64,000 nucleotides of DNA from Octopus vulgaris (Eukaryota), in NCBI GenBank assembly GCA_951406725.2, contig OX597817.1:35030001-35094000 (forward strand). Reading direction: 5' to 3'. Below the pieces are notes generated by a model, which saw only the letters and a list, made by a program, of their open reading frames with translations, searched no databases and was not told the origin of the DNA. Numbering within the stretch: position 1 is the stretch's first letter; each line of letters begins with the position of its first letter. Below, piece after piece: positions 50,366-63,184 of this stretch. The position numbers were made by a program, and so were the translations under genes.

Positions 50366-50417
<52 letters not shown>

Positions 50418-52723
50418 TTATCATCATATAATGTCCATATTTCTTACTGGCATGAGTTGGATGGTTTGAATGGATCCAGAGTGTCCAAGGACTACATTAT
50501 GCTCTTGTCTGTTTTGACATAGTTTCTACAGCTGGATGCCTTTCCTAATGCCAATCACTTTACAGTGTGAACTGGTGCTTTTCTGGTGCCACCTGCTCTA
50601 GTGAGGTTGCTATACAGCTTGCATGCCAACAAAACTTGTGGACAGGAGCTTTATATTAGATGAAGGTTAATGTATGCAAGAAAAGGGTGGAGCAGATCAA
50701 GTTCTTGTTGTAGGAGTGCTACATGGTTACTCACAGTTAGGAGAGAGTTAGAAATGAAATCAATAGTAGCTGTAAAGAGGAGAGGCCTTTTAACTGAACA
50801 AAAATGAAGGTTTTCATATAACAAAACTGTTATTTGTTTGTTATGATAAAGCATGTATTTAATTTAATCTTTTTTCCCCTTTTTTTTTCTGTATTTATTT
50901 CTCCTGAACTTTCTATGTTAAAATTTTACTAAGTTTTTGTTTCAAACCATTTCTGGAACTAAACATTAAACATTTTGTTTTACAGGCAGACGTTGAACCT
51001 GCAAAGAAAGAAGAATTACCTGAAGACATTCAGTTGCCAGATGTACCAGAAGATAAACTGGAAGGTATAGAAAAGACAAGTGATTTCATAAAAACTTGGT
51101 TTCTTGTTCTCCATTTAGACCTACTTAATATGACTTTTAGTAACATAATCTTGCTTTTTTGTACACTAATTTTATAGAATTTTCCAAATGATGATGATGA
51201 TAATGACAACATCATCTACAGTTACATTCACTTTGCATGTTTACTTTCTTCCTTCCTTGCTTGTATATTCTCTGTCCTTACATCTGTATCCATCCATTGA
51301 AAGAGAAAGCTATCTTTCTATCTCAGCCAAAGAAACAATTATAAAATGTCAAATTCCACTTCTAAACATCACAAAGTATAATGGAAATGGCTCAGGATTG
51401 AACTAACCACTCATAGTTTGTAACTTCTTTATTTTTTGTAAGTTCCATGTATATGTTGTAAGCAGATAACAGAATAACTCTATTAGAGATTGATGCACTG
51501 TTTCAGTTAACATAGCTACAGAAGGCAGCTATAGCATCAGCTGGGTTGTTACCTGTAACAAACTAGCATCCTCCTAGCTTGACTTGCTAAAAATAACTGC
51601 CAAATTTCCTTTACATCATGTCCTCATATCTTGGGAGAGAACATACTGGATAATGCAATCTTATATATTTTTAAAAAGATGAAATAATCACTACCGAAAT
51701 ATCTTTGATCATTGGTTTGTTCAGTCAGTCTTGACTTGGGACTAAACATCAACCACCATAGTGCCAGGAAATAAGCTTCTATGTGGTTGTTCAACTTGCT
51801 AAAAATAGCAGCTAAATTCCCTTTAAACATTACTCTTCCATTATAAAAGAAGAAGTCCATAGTAGATTATGCAGTTCTAGATATATTATGTCTGAATAAA
51901 AGGCAACCATTGGACCAGGATGAAGTTTCTATGTAGTGCTCAACCTGCTAAAAATAGCAGCTAAATTTTTAAATCTAGCATTCTAAAAAAATTGCATAGT
52001 TTTAGATACTTTATGTCTGAATAGAAAATGGGATGGTCATGGTTGGAATAAAGATTTGCTAGATCAGTATTGACCTAGGTTAAACAATGACAACTCATCA
52101 TAGTATTATGTGATATGATGACTAGTTAGACCTAGAACAGAGAGAGGATATCATTGATGAAGTTGTGAATGATGGTGAAAGAACTTTGACAAAAATAGCT
52201 GATTGATTGATTGACTGAATGATCAGCCAAACAATTGACTAAGTTTATTGGTTAAATAATATTAACAACTTGACTAATAATAATGGTTTCAAATTTTGAC
52301 TCATGGCCAGCAATAGTATGGGAAGGATTTGGTTGATTACCTCAATCTCAGTGCTTAACTGGTCCTTTATTCTATTGTCCCCAAACGGATGAAAGGCAAA
52401 GTCAACTTTGGCAGAATTTGAATTCAGAATGTAAATATGGACAAAATGCTCAACAACATTTTGTCCAGTGTACTAACAATTCTGCCAGCTCACTGCCTTG
52501 AACTGACTAATAAAAGTATTACAAGAAGTGAAACAGAACCAGTGCATGTTTTTGTTATTGGTATAATGACCCTCCCAAAAGACAGCAAAATCATTTAAAG
52601 TTTTTATTTGCATTTATAATTTTAACCCTTAATCATGTGTATATTTTTATTTATCTATTTTTCTTAGATAAAATTGCTGAAAAGAAGCAAAAAGCAGCAG
52701 AACCTGTGATGGTTGCATCTTGA
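36928..52723 (+). CDS. CHMP6: Charged multivesicular body protein 6 (VPS20, ESCRT-III), 8 exons, 210 aa
   Basis: join(36928-36993,42983-43092,44841-44928,45722-45808,48785-48850,49168-49248,50986-51064,52668-52723) = 633 nt. MGSFFT myristoylation start, RITEQDKAVLQLKVQRDKLKQY, IEFAQIE, LPDVP. Confidence 0.95.
38304..38590 (+). mobile_element. Family D SINE
   Basis: GGAGGCACATAGCC head, GAGTTCGAATCTC B box, CTGCGATGGACTG core. Confidence 0.8.
38822..39516. mobile_element. Fold-back element with a family C SINE (39060-39454, +) inserted in its right arm
   Basis: Outer arms GAGCTGTACCTCTATATTCTGCAT / ATGCAGAATATAGAGGTACAGCTC; inner arms about 38925-38980 and 39002-39058. Confidence 0.75.
39934..40486. 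mobile_element. Head-to-head inverted element: tRNA-like head, (AAT)n, Penelope-type hammerhead tail
   Basis: About 250-bp inverted arms centred near 40189; 12-bp direct repeat ATCAACTATGTA at 39922 and 40487. Confidence 0.75.
40352..40397 (+). ncRNA. Minimal type I hammerhead ribozyme motif
   Basis: GACAC-CTGATGA-A-GGCTG(loop)CAGCC-GAAA-CG-TT-GTGTT: intact core, stems I and II, palindromic AACGTT in place of stem III. Confidence 0.65.
42983..43092 (+). CDS. CHMP6: CHMP6 exon 2
   Basis: QLKVQRDKLKQYTKKLEANLVREKEAARALLKNGRRE. Confidence 0.95.
43478..43856 (-). mobile_element. Family C SINE
   Basis: Same sequence family as 22806-23188. Confidence 0.85.
44589..44799. mobile_element. piggyBac-type MITE
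   Basis: TTAA flanks; ends CCCTTCAGCATT / AATGCTAAAGTG. Confidence 0.65.
44841..44928 (+). CDS. CHMP6: CHMP6 exon 3
   Basis: RVKLLLRKKKFQEGLIQKTENQLETLERL. Confidence 0.95.
45722..45808 (+). CDS. CHMP6: CHMP6 exon 4
   Basis: VHDIEFAQIEANVLQSLKEGNDSLKKMHE. Confidence 0.95.
46810..47225 (+). mobile_element. CR1-group LINE 3' fragment with (ATT)n tail
   Basis: Homologous to 25078-25497 in the opposite orientation. Confidence 0.8.
47320..48075 (+). repeat. Three tandem family B SINEs separated by (ATT)n tracts
   Basis: Heads near 47323, 47566, 47859; (ATT)n at 47527-47560 and 47760-47855. Confidence 0.75.
48785..48850 (+). CDS. CHMP6: CHMP6 exon 5
   Basis: LMSLEDVEKIMDETAEGIKYQQ. Confidence 0.95.
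48959..49153 (+). mobile_element. CR1-group 3' UTR fragment
   Basis: Matches 46944-47138. Confidence 0.8.
49168..49248 (+). CDS. CHMP6: CHMP6 exon 6
   Basis: EIDELLAGGLTEEDEDDVLAELDALIE. Confidence 0.95.
50986..51064 (+). CDS. CHMP6: CHMP6 exon 7 (MIM2-like motif)
   Basis: ADVEPAKKEELPEDIQLPDVPEDKLE. Confidence 0.9.
51575..52090 (+). repeat. Old interspersed repeat, several tandem copies (TGCTARAAATAGCAGCYAAAT motif)
   Basis: Motif near 51585, 51798, 51947; also near 37430, 38215, 42587 and inverted near 41478, 46008. Confidence 0.55.
52668..52723 (+). CDS. CHMP6: CHMP6 last exon
   Basis: DKIAEKKQKAAEPVMVAS*, with a strong acceptor. Confidence 0.88.
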
Positions 52724-55700
52724 TATCATCTTCAAGAAAGTAAAAAATAATGGATGAACTTTTTAAAAAAAAAACAATGAATGTTAAAAAAACAAAAGCT
52801 ATGACGAATTATTGATAAAAGAAAGATTTAAACCAAATGCTGTGTTCTTTAGCAGCTGCATTCTCTCATTGCTCCCAGAGGTAATATGAATGATTATAAA
52901 TGTTATTGCTGACAACTTTCAATGGTCTGATCAGTGCAGTGACTGAACTAATGATAGAGGAAAGCCAAGAAGGAAATAATTAACTTAGAAAAAGAAATCA
53001 AGAAGTGGAGACTGACAGAAAACTAAACTAACCCAAACTGGTGTCCATTACCTGTCTTTCTTGACATTGTTTAACACTTTTAATTATTTTGTAATGTTAA
53101 AAAAAATTTAACAATAATAATAATTATTATGATAATAATAATAATACAATTGATTCCACTTAATTGCATAGCCTCAGTGAATGGAATTCTTGTACAATTT
53201 ACCAAATTTGTGTGGTAGATGACAAAGTGCAAGATTTCAGTATATTATCAGTCTTAAGATATTGTGGATATGTTACATGTGTATGGTTTATATAATAAAA
53301 CTTTATTTACTTACAGTATGTTTTGTATCTATATAATTTACTTACGTTCTACTCTGTCTATCCTCTCAAAAACTATAAGAAAATAACTTGGACTTCATGC
53401 AATGATGTTCTTCAGTTATTCAAACTTAGATAGATTCTTGTGTATAGACAGTGATTTTCAATTTGCACATACTTACATTTAAAGGTTTGCAGGTTAATTA
53501 ATTAGGCCAGTCATTGACTAATTTTGTCAATAATGAAAACAAAAGAGTGTGTAGTCGTCACTTTATTTATATAAAACAAACTTTTTACAAATTTTATCTA
53601 CAATAAAGATTTATGGAAGAAATTTATCATGCAATTGATAAAAAAATAAATGAAATTGAACTGGGATCTGAAATTTGATATGGAATAGTAAACATACATT
53701 GAATATATTTGACTAATTTGGAACCATGAATCTGTCATTTAACTCAGTATGGAAACACAGGGTCCCAGGATCACATTCATTATCTTATTATATATTATAA
53801 ATGGTCAGTCGTATGCAACATTTTACCATTTTTTTTTTCTAAAAATCAGTAAAAATTGTGCACTTAACTGAAATTGACTTTGCATATAGAATTAATTATT
53901 CAATTTTTTATGGATTTGATGGTGAATAATTTGTTGTCTTGTAATGTTATGCAATTAACCAAATTATGTAATTATCCAGTATGTAATTAAGTGGAATTGA
54001 CTGTAAAAATAATGCTGATAATATTAATAATGATAATTATAATAAATAAAGTTCTTGCTACTTATGATTTCTAATATATTTTCCCATGTTACAAATTATA
54101 TAAAATGAAACAACAAATTTACAGCAGATTGTATGTGTGTGTTTGTTTGTGTGCTTGTGTGTGTGTGTGTAAACAGCCTTTTTGTCATTCTAAAATTGCT
54201 CTATATTTCTATGATTATTAAATGAGAATCAAAGATTGTCTCCTGCTTGTCAATATTCTGTACATTGCATTGTTATTAAACAATTGAAGCCTCTAATTCA
54301 GGATTCTATTTCAACTTGATTACGTTATCATTGTTTTGTTCTTATGCCTTTGTTTTTTTACTTCCTGGGTCTGTGAAAAAGTTCAGTGCTCATGGCTTGA
54401 TCTGTATAGGCCCTTGTAGACCAGTGAGAATGATGCCATTAATGTTCCTCTTAAACCTTTGTAAGTCAACATCTGTGGAAAAGATATGAGTAGTTCCTTC
54501 CTTACAGGACGATCAGAGCATAAGTACGTTGTTCGTATATACATTCGTGTTGAGCACAGAGTTTATTTCCGGCTTATCGATAACGTAAATAAAATTGATG
54601 AAAATGACTGCATGTATTTTAGCGAACTGTGTCAAACTTATTTTTGGGTGCCTGATGTGTTCCTGCCTATATATATATTATACATATTAAATATTTACAA
54701 CATTACAAATAAAAGGAATGCATAATAACTTTTATTAACATGCTCACTATATACATATAATTATAAAAATGTGCCTTGGAATGTTCAACAGATATTTTGA
54801 AGTATATGAATTGGCACGTAAAAAAAAACACCATCTGAGCGTGGCCGTTCGCCAGCCTCGTGTGGCACCTGTGTCGGTGGCACATAAACACCATCCGAGC
54901 GTGGCTGTTCGCCAGCCTCGTCTGGCACCTGTGTTGGTGGCACATAAAAAGCACCCACTACACTGACGGAGTGGTTGGCATTAGGAAGGGCATCCAGCTG
55001 TAGAAACACTGCCAGATCTGACTGGCCTGGTGCAGCCTTCGGGCTTCCCAGACCCCAGTTGAACCGTCCAACCCATGCTAGCATGGAAAGCATACGTTAA
55101 ACGATGATGATGATGATGATGAATTAAGTATCTATTTTACAAAGCAGCTCAGCCCTTCCCCCTCTGTCTTCCGCTACTTTGCTCCGCCTTTCTCCCCTCT
55201 CCTTTCTTTTCCTTTGTCATCTGTCTTCTTCCCCGCTTTGTTGTACCTGTGTGAATCTTTCAAATTTAACAGTTCAAATAAACAAGCTATTCAACTAAAA
55301 AAATAAAGTGCATAAGTATATTGAATTAAATATATATTTAGCATGGAAAGCGGACGTTAAATGATGATGATGATGATGATGAATTAAATATTCGAACGGT
55401 ATGATCTGATATAGAAGTAAGTGAGGCAAAGTGCTTGAAGGATTTTGATCATCATCAGTGTAGTCTTTCTCATAATTTGAAGATTTGTTTTCATTTTGCA
55501 ACTTAGAAGTCACAGTGAAATATTCCAATGAAAGCAAAATGGCTTTTAAAGAAAGTTAGCACGGTGGAATTGGAAATAGAGTTAATGATAAAGAAATCCA
55601 ATCTTGAGTTGAATACTTGATTAGATGGATTAAATTCATTCTTTTTTATTCTAAAAGCATTGTAAATAAAGTCCCAGATTTAATATTTGAGTGCAATATA

Positions 55701-55749
55701 ATGCTGTCAAAGAATACTCTTTTCTTTCGAATCAATGTAGTAGAGGTTA

Positions 55750-56480
55750 TATATATATAGTAAACAATAATATGAAAAACGATAGTTGATACACAGCAGG
55801 ATAGAATGTAATCTGTTTGTAAAGGATTGGTTCTGCACTAATTGCCATTATGTAAAGATGAAAGAACAGTGATTGAAGTTGTGAAGAAAATATTTATTTA
55901 CCGTTACATCGAATATACCTTGATTTGACGGGCAGGTAATAAAATCCTAGAGCATGCGAAGTAAAAAAATTAATTTCAGCCTGTGTGTTCTTATTGTAGT
56001 AAACCACAGGGAGAGATATGGTAATGTGCAGAGAAGATAAAGTGAGAGTGTGGAAAGTTGGGTCTCATAGCTGCTGACAGTAAATTTCATTTCTCCATTT
56101 GACCATTGTCTTTAGTAGCTGCCTTGCTTGTGATCATGGTTCTAGTGTTCCGCTCCCTAACTGATGGTAGCTGTCTCTGACTCGAGTTATCATTCATTAA
56201 CTAACTGATTGAGTTGTCACGAGCCAACTGATTTTTGCTTGGGGTTCTTGCTTTTATAACTATCCAGAAGGATAGACATATCGTTGAGAACAATGGATTT
56301 AGTTGGTGGTCTTGTTATCTTTATTCTAGCTTTTGGTGAAGTAGAAGAGGTTAAAAAGGTCAAGTGGTGAATTCATTATTTCGGCCTAGCTAAGGCAATC
56401 TAGAAAATGTAAAACCGCTGTCACCGAAAAACTAGTGTTCCACCGTGAGAAAAGTTCTGTTGAAGTGTTAATTTAAATTT
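55750..56480 (-). mobile_element. Degraded non-LTR reverse transcriptase remnant
   Basis: Minus-strand LSAAYET, TPQ-like and LFNLF remnants in RT motif order; frameshifted. Confidence 0.4.
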
Positions 56481-56805
56481 GGCTATGGTGGATCGAATCC
56501 ATTTCATACCTGCAAGATCCACCACCACACACACACACACATATGTACGTGTTTGTGCGTCTATGTTTGTCTGCTCACCATCGCTTGATAACCGATGTTG
56601 GTGTGTTTACGTCCACGTAACTTAGCGGTTCGGGCAAAAAAAAAAGACTAAGTACTAGGCTTACACAAGATAAGTCTTGGGGTCGATTTATTCGACTAAA
56701 GGCGGTGCTCCAGCATGGCCGCAGTCAAATAACTGAAACAAGTAAAAGAATCAAAGAATATAGATACACACACACACACGTACGTACGTACATACATACA
56801 TACAT

Positions 56806-56861
<56 letters not shown>

Positions 56862-57539
56862 ACGTACACACACATATATATGCTCCTGTTTTTATTTCAA
56901 GTAGAGAAATTGAATGGCGCTAATGATGTAAATGCAACTGTAAGTGACGTCTTGCTTCGTGGCAATACTGAATCCGAGCGTATTATAAAATTGTTTTCTA
57001 AATTTGCAATTGAAATTGATGATATTCCTCAACCATTTTGAAGAAATATTGTGTATATTGTATTGCCGAACCATTATGAAACGTGTTCGGAATAATTTCT
57101 TGAAAAACAGGTAAAATATCTGGCATGTGGGAGATTTCAAAAGTCACCCCGAATTACACACACGTACACATACACACACACACACACGCACGCGCACACA
57201 CACTTTCACGCACACATTTACGCACGCACGCCGCATACATATATATACACACGCACGAAAACATACACATACAAACACTCACACAAACTCAAACAAATGC
57301 GCGCACACACACACACTCACACGTCCCAGACTCATCAGATTAAACTGAAAAATTACCATTCTATTCAACTAGTAAAGTAATGGAATCTATTATACGAGAA
57401 AAAATTGACTGAATATTTTAATACAAACACATTAATTTCTGAATGTTGGCATGACTTAATGAGTAAAAAAGCTACAGTATTATAATTTCTATAATGTTTT
57501 AGTGAACGGACTGTTTTAATTGGCCAGGATTTCAAAGTT

Positions 57540-58870
57540 GTTATTTATTTAGATATACCAAAATCCTTTGACAACATATTCCACCAAAAACTGATTTAAC
57601 CAGCTTGAAATTCTCGATAAGCTATATGACAAAATTTCAGTTTAAAGCCATCTAAATTATAATTTTACATCAGAATTACAAGTTAATATATGTTTCAAAC
57701 ACCAGCTTAATAACGATGAAGTTACTTTACTAAATGCTGCATTATTTTCAAAATCAGCTGAAACATAAGTAATATATTTCCATAGAAATACGGTGACATG
57801 AGTATTAAACTTACGTTTATCAATTTTTGTTGCAAGATTTCTGATGTGAACTCGTGTATCGAAACAGATATTGCTGTATTTCTGGACTGTCATTTTTTTT
57901 TGCCAAATAAACACACGCACCATATATTTGTTCTTCACTAGTTTATTATTGTTTAAAAAATTTTTTTTATTGTAACTCGTTCATTGTCCGGAAATCTTTC
58001 GTCACACATCTGTGACCTCTTCTGCGACACTTCTCGTTTTCGTGTGTGCGCTTGCTCCACTTACTCTATTCTGTTCTGAACAGAACGGAATAGAGAACTC
58101 CATTCTGATCAAAATGGAATAAGTGGAGCAAGAATACACGCGAAAATGAAAAGTGTCGCTGAAGAGGTTACAGGTGTATGACGAAAGATTTCCAGACAAT
58201 GGACATGAGTTAAAATATTAAAAAAAGAACAGTAATAAACGAGTATTAAACTGTTAGGAATTAAAGGTAAACGTATATCATGTTTCAAAGACTATTTCGA
58301 AAACAGAAAACTGTTCGTATTGAAGATTGCTTCGTTACTTTCGCTCCACTCTCAACTGGAATCCATAAGGTAACCTTCTTAGGCCAGTATTTTTCTTAAT
58401 TTATATAAATGATAAGCTAAGTTTTTTCTAATTTATAATTGTATGAAGATGTGGCAAAATTCTACTCTGTTAATAAAAATGCTGCCTATATAAATCTAAT
58501 TTTTGATCTCCAGCGAGTATTCTTGTAAGTTCAAAAGGTGAACTTGTCTTTGGTATTCTTAAATGTTTTACATCTTGAATGAGAAAATTATAGTATTGAA
58601 TACTTTTTTAATGGAACCGACATTCCTAAAGTTTCCAATAGACCTAAACTGGGAATTCTTGCAACTCATGATTTAAATTTGTCATTAGAGTGTGTGCTAA
58701 AGGTTTTCAAAAGATACGCTGGTCTTTAAGACTATTCAGTCACAAGACAATTTTTATGTTGAAAATGTTTAAAAATTGCCTCTTCTCAACTTAAGTATGT
58801 CACAAAGATCTAGAGTCTTTACTGTTTTAAAAAATACATCGAGTAGGTGCAACGATCTTTATGTGTTCTA
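57540..58870 (+). mobile_element. Highly degraded CR1-like RT, interrupted
   Basis: DIPKSFDNIFHQKLI near 57552 and TGIP*GNLLRPVFFLIYIND near 58355, versus the KAFD and GVPQGSVLGPLLFLIYIND motifs. Confidence 0.6.
57937..58245. repeat. About 310-bp imperfect fold-back
   Basis: Arms of about 130 bp, e.g. CATTGTCCGGAAATCTTTCGTCA / TGACGAAAGATTTCCAGACAATG. Confidence 0.85.
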
Positions 58871-59052
58871 AGATAATTGCCCTCTGACAATTTCCCTTGA
58901 AAATTTTTCTATATAGAACAAGTGCTCCTTGATAATTGTCTTTGGATAATTGTTCACTGGACGATTTCTTCAAGAAATAATTTTTTTTAAAGCTCACAAC
59001 AACGTGGGTGCAAATTACGACTAATAAAACTAATTAAGGTTTTATTTTCATA

Positions 59053-59292
59053 TTGGCTTGTCAGATAAATTCGTTGTTTTTTGTTTTCATATTTATTCAA
59101 ATCCTTTCCAATATTAGTTGAATTAACACGAAAGATATTTTTATCGTATGTTTTATAGATTTTTTTAGCACTATTCTTTCTTTACGACTTTCGTTTATCG
59201 TTTTTGAAATTTGAATAAATAGTACTTCTTTTAAAACATATGCCGATGGGGTACCAAGTAGGGGGAAAAAATTAATTTGTCAGACAAGCCAA
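59053..59292. mobile_element. Mariner-type MITE
   Basis: TA TSD; TIRs TTGGCTTGTCAGATAAATT / AATTTGTCAGACAAGCCAA. Confidence 0.7.
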
Positions 59293-59304
59293 TATTTTAT
59301 CTGT

Positions 59305-59473
59305 TATTGCTCCGGGTTTGCATAAAGCAAGAAGCTGAAATTTTTTTTGGCTCATGACACTCCATGGACTCTAAGTAGTGCATGTGTAAGATTTGAATGA
59401 AATCGGTTGGGTAGTTCTCGAGTTTTAGTAATACAGGCAGACACACACACATTCTCAGTTTTATATATATAGA
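59305..59473 (-). mobile_element. Helitron remnant
   Basis: TCTATATATATAAAA 5' end and partial CCCGGAGCAA hairpin. Confidence 0.5.
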
Positions 59474-59762
59474 TTAAGATGACAAGCAGACAGAATTGTT
59501 AACACGTCGGTCAAAATGCTTTGCGGCATTTCTTCTAGCTTTTTATGTTCTGAGTTCAACTCTGTCTTCTTTCCTTTCGAGGGCGATAAAATAAAGTGGT
59601 AGTCAAGTACTAGAGTTGATACACTTGACTAACCATCTTCTCTAAAAAAATTGCTGGCCTTGTGCCAAAATTTGAAACAATAGTTTATCTGTTATTCAAT
59701 ATGTAGAATCATCCAATAGTATATATATATATATATATATATATTGAACATGTTAATATAAA

Positions 59763-60100
59763 AAGGTGTTATAAATCCAACAGCTGTTTTTGGAGGCTTG
59801 GAGTCCATAATAATGTTGGTCGATGTAGTTCATCACAATATGCAACCGTATGGATGCAATTAACATTGGATTCCATCTTTGAACTTCTTTGCATTAAGAT
59901 CTTAAATGTAAGATCTTATCCTGATGACAGACTCGTTTTATCCAATGTTAATTTCATCCATACGGCTGCATATTGTGATGAACTACATCAACCAACATTA
60001 TTATGGATCTCCAAGCCCCCAAAACAGCTGTTGGATTTATAACACCTTTTTGCCATCCCTTTAATTTACTCTGTCGTTTCTACTCTGTGTAAGTTGGGCC
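59763..60100. mobile_element. Inverted-arm insertion with TSD (Penelope-like architecture)
   Basis: About 110-bp arms 59761-59870 and 59940-60051; 12-bp direct repeat TGTTAATATAAA at 59751 and 60101; AAACAGCTGT motif. Confidence 0.6.
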
Positions 60101-60818
60101 TGTTAATATAAATATCTATATATTTATACTTAAAAATTCATCATCTGAAAGTCTCCACCATTTGCTTTCTCTCGTTTTGCATGTATACATATATAACTAT
60201 TTTGTACTTCATACCCAAACTATTATATTTAATATTTTTAATATACTTAATGTGTCTAATTTGTTCATCCGCATAATTGCTTCTATACCCGCTCAAGTTG
60301 ATCCCTCTTATAGTCTTTCTTTACCTTGTGAAATCGATCCTCTGTAAAGACATCGGAGTCTCAGTTTGAATCTTTTGAGCACTACTAAGTGTCGTCTGTA
60401 CGGAGAATCTTTGAATCTCATCAGTGTAATAAGGTGGCGAGCTGGCAGAATCGTTAGCACACCGGGTGAAATGCTTAGTAGTATTTCGTCTGCTGCTACG
60501 TTCTGAGTTCAAATTCCGCCGAGGTCGACTTTGCCTTTCATCCTTTCGGGGTCGATTAAATAAGTACCAGTTACACACTGGAGTCGATATAATCGACATA
60601 ATCCGTTTGTCTGTCCTTGTTTGTCCTCTCTGTGTTTAGCCCCTTGTGGGTAGTAAAGAAATAGGTATTTCGTGTCTTCACGTTCTGAGTTCAAATTCCG
60701 CCGGGGTCGACTTTGCTTTTTATCCTTTTGGGTCGATAAATTAAGCACCAGATACACACTGGGATCGAAGTAATTGACTGATCTTCTTCCGCAAAATTTC
60801 AGGCATTGTCCTATAGTA

Positions 60819-61384
60819 TTGGGTTGTCCGGAAAGTTCGTGCCGATTTTTAAAGGAAAGAAAAAGGTCAATAAATACTTGCCATTACATTTTTAATCAAC
60901 CAAATATAAACAATTTTGTTGCACAATATGTCCCAATCTTTCCTTTAACTTGAAAATACCCTCTTCCCAGAATTGGGGTGGTTTCCTGGCAAAGAATTCA
61001 TGAAGATATCTTTTTACGGCATCCAAGAAATTGAAATTTTTACAATTAAGACTATTCTGCAGAGACCTGTATAAGTGGAAATCCGAAGGAGCAATATCTG
61101 GTGAATATGGAGGGTGGAGTAACACATCCCAGCCGAGCTGCAGCAATTTTTGTCTGGTTCCTAAAGCATCAAGTTCCGAAAATGAACTTTCTTATCTTCC
61201 ATTTTAAAGGGTTACAGAATTAACACAGGTTATCAGAACATAAACCTTCTTCCACGAAAAGATAGCTTAAACTGTGCTCTAAATGCAGGTGTAGTCAAAT
61301 CCTATTTTATGGACTCAACCATGTTCTAAAATAAGTCGAAAGGTAAGCTACTATAAATCGGCACGAACTTTTCAGACAACCCAA
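60819..61384 (-). mobile_element. Internally deleted mariner (TTGGGTTG TIRs) inserted in a SINE tail
   Basis: 30-bp TIRs, TA TSD; ORF 60892..61146 has HPPYSPDIAPSDFHL. Confidence 0.9.
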
Positions 61385-61862
61385 TAGAAAGGATTATCTA
61401 TTATTGTATTTGTGTATACATGAAATAAAACCTTAAGTAGCTTCTTTTATATTTATACGAGGCGGTGTACCAGTTGCGTATTGGGGCCGATCTAATCGAC
61501 TGCCCCCTCCCCTAAAATTTCGAGACTTGTGCCTTGAGCAGAAAAGAATTATTTATACGCCCCACAGTCGCGCTTTGTTTTCACTGGAAAAAATTGTCCA
61601 GTGGGGCAACATTCGGAGTAATTAGCTGGGGATGGTTATCGGATTCTTATACCCGAAAAAGGTTATTTAATCTAAGTAAATTTTCTTAACCAGGTCGTTT
61701 AAGTATTTGATAATCTGAGTCTCTCTCTTGTAGAGGGAAGAATTAAAATAAAAAGACCTAATTATGGATTTTAAATGTCAAAATAATTTGTTGGATATTC
61801 CTGTAAACGAATTTAATCCAAGAGGTCATTATAAAGAGAACGCTCCTAATTAAGATCCTTTA

Positions 61863-62465
61863 TCTTTTACTCGTTTCAGTTATTTGACTGCGGCCATGCT
61901 GGAGCACAGCGTTGACGGTTTTGGTCGAACAAATCGACTCCAAGGCATGTTTTTTTTTAAAGCCAATTACTTATTCTATCGGTCGCTTTTGCCGAACCGC
62001 TGGGTTACGTGGACATAAACGCACCAATATCGGTTGTCAACCACAAACACAAAGCTATACACACACATACATGTATATATATATATATATAAATATATAA
62101 TACAAAATAAGAAAATGGAGAAATACATCTAAATCATTTATCAACTACTAGATAATACCCAATCACATACTTTATTAAACCACTACATAAAAATATATAA
62201 CAAAACAGCCTACATGAATGAGTAATACAATACAATAAGTATAATCATTATAAGAGGATATAAATAAATAAATATAAATAGATATAAATATAAATATACA
62301 CTATATCTTACAGCTATATCTTACAGCTGTATCTTACAGCTGTATCTTACAGCTGTTTCGGCCATGCAGATAAATATGCCTCATTTTACTTATATTTGCC
62401 ATGTATAGTATGTCAATATGAAGTTAAAAATGAGACATTTACAAATATATCTTAAGGCCTCTTCG

Positions 62466-62511
<46 letters not shown>

Positions 62512-62990
62512 TAGCGTAGCTAGGGGGGAGGTAGGGTCGGTACTTTTGGATCTGCTGAAGGCAATATGTGTTTTTTTGTGGGGCCCGTGGGCCGCCCCGG
62601 GCGACACACACTCTAGCTACGCTAGAATATGCGCGCGCGTGTGTGTGTTAAATAAAATGAGACAACAAAGCCAGAGACGATATGAGGGAGTTATTTTGGA
62701 AAGGGAGAGATATGGGAAGTATAAAGGGAAATAAGAGAATAATAATAAAAAAAATTCTGTTGGATGTTACGGTCCTTCCGTAGCACTTACAGAGCCTTAC
62801 CTGCCATTTTGGGTCTTCTGAATACCAAAACTTCTCATTATATACACAGGACGGGCGTCTTTCAGTTTCCGTGTACAACAAATCCACAACGCTATAGTAG
62901 AGGATACTTTACCAAGGTACCACGCAGTAGAACTGAACCCGGACCTATGTAGTTGGATAGCAAGTTTTTTTACACACAGCCACTTCTGCA
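61863..62990 (-). mobile_element. Family C SINE split by nested insertions
   Basis: Tail half 61863-62090 and head half 62840-62990. Confidence 0.65.
62509..62627. mobile_element. Small GC-rich MITE
   Basis: TIRs CTAGCGTAGCTAG / CTAGCTACGCTAG. Confidence 0.55.
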
Positions 62991-63184
62991 TAAATACTCT
63001 TTTATAAATAGAATAATTCCAATATGGAAAAATCTACCACAAGATCTGGTAATGACAAATGATTAGATTATAATTTAAGCGTTTTCTGTAAGAATTTAAA
63101 TAATGTAAATCTTCTGAATTTTCTCAAAGCTAAGGATTACTAAATCAAATGTTGGACTTTCTTTTCTTTTTTTTTATGTATGTA

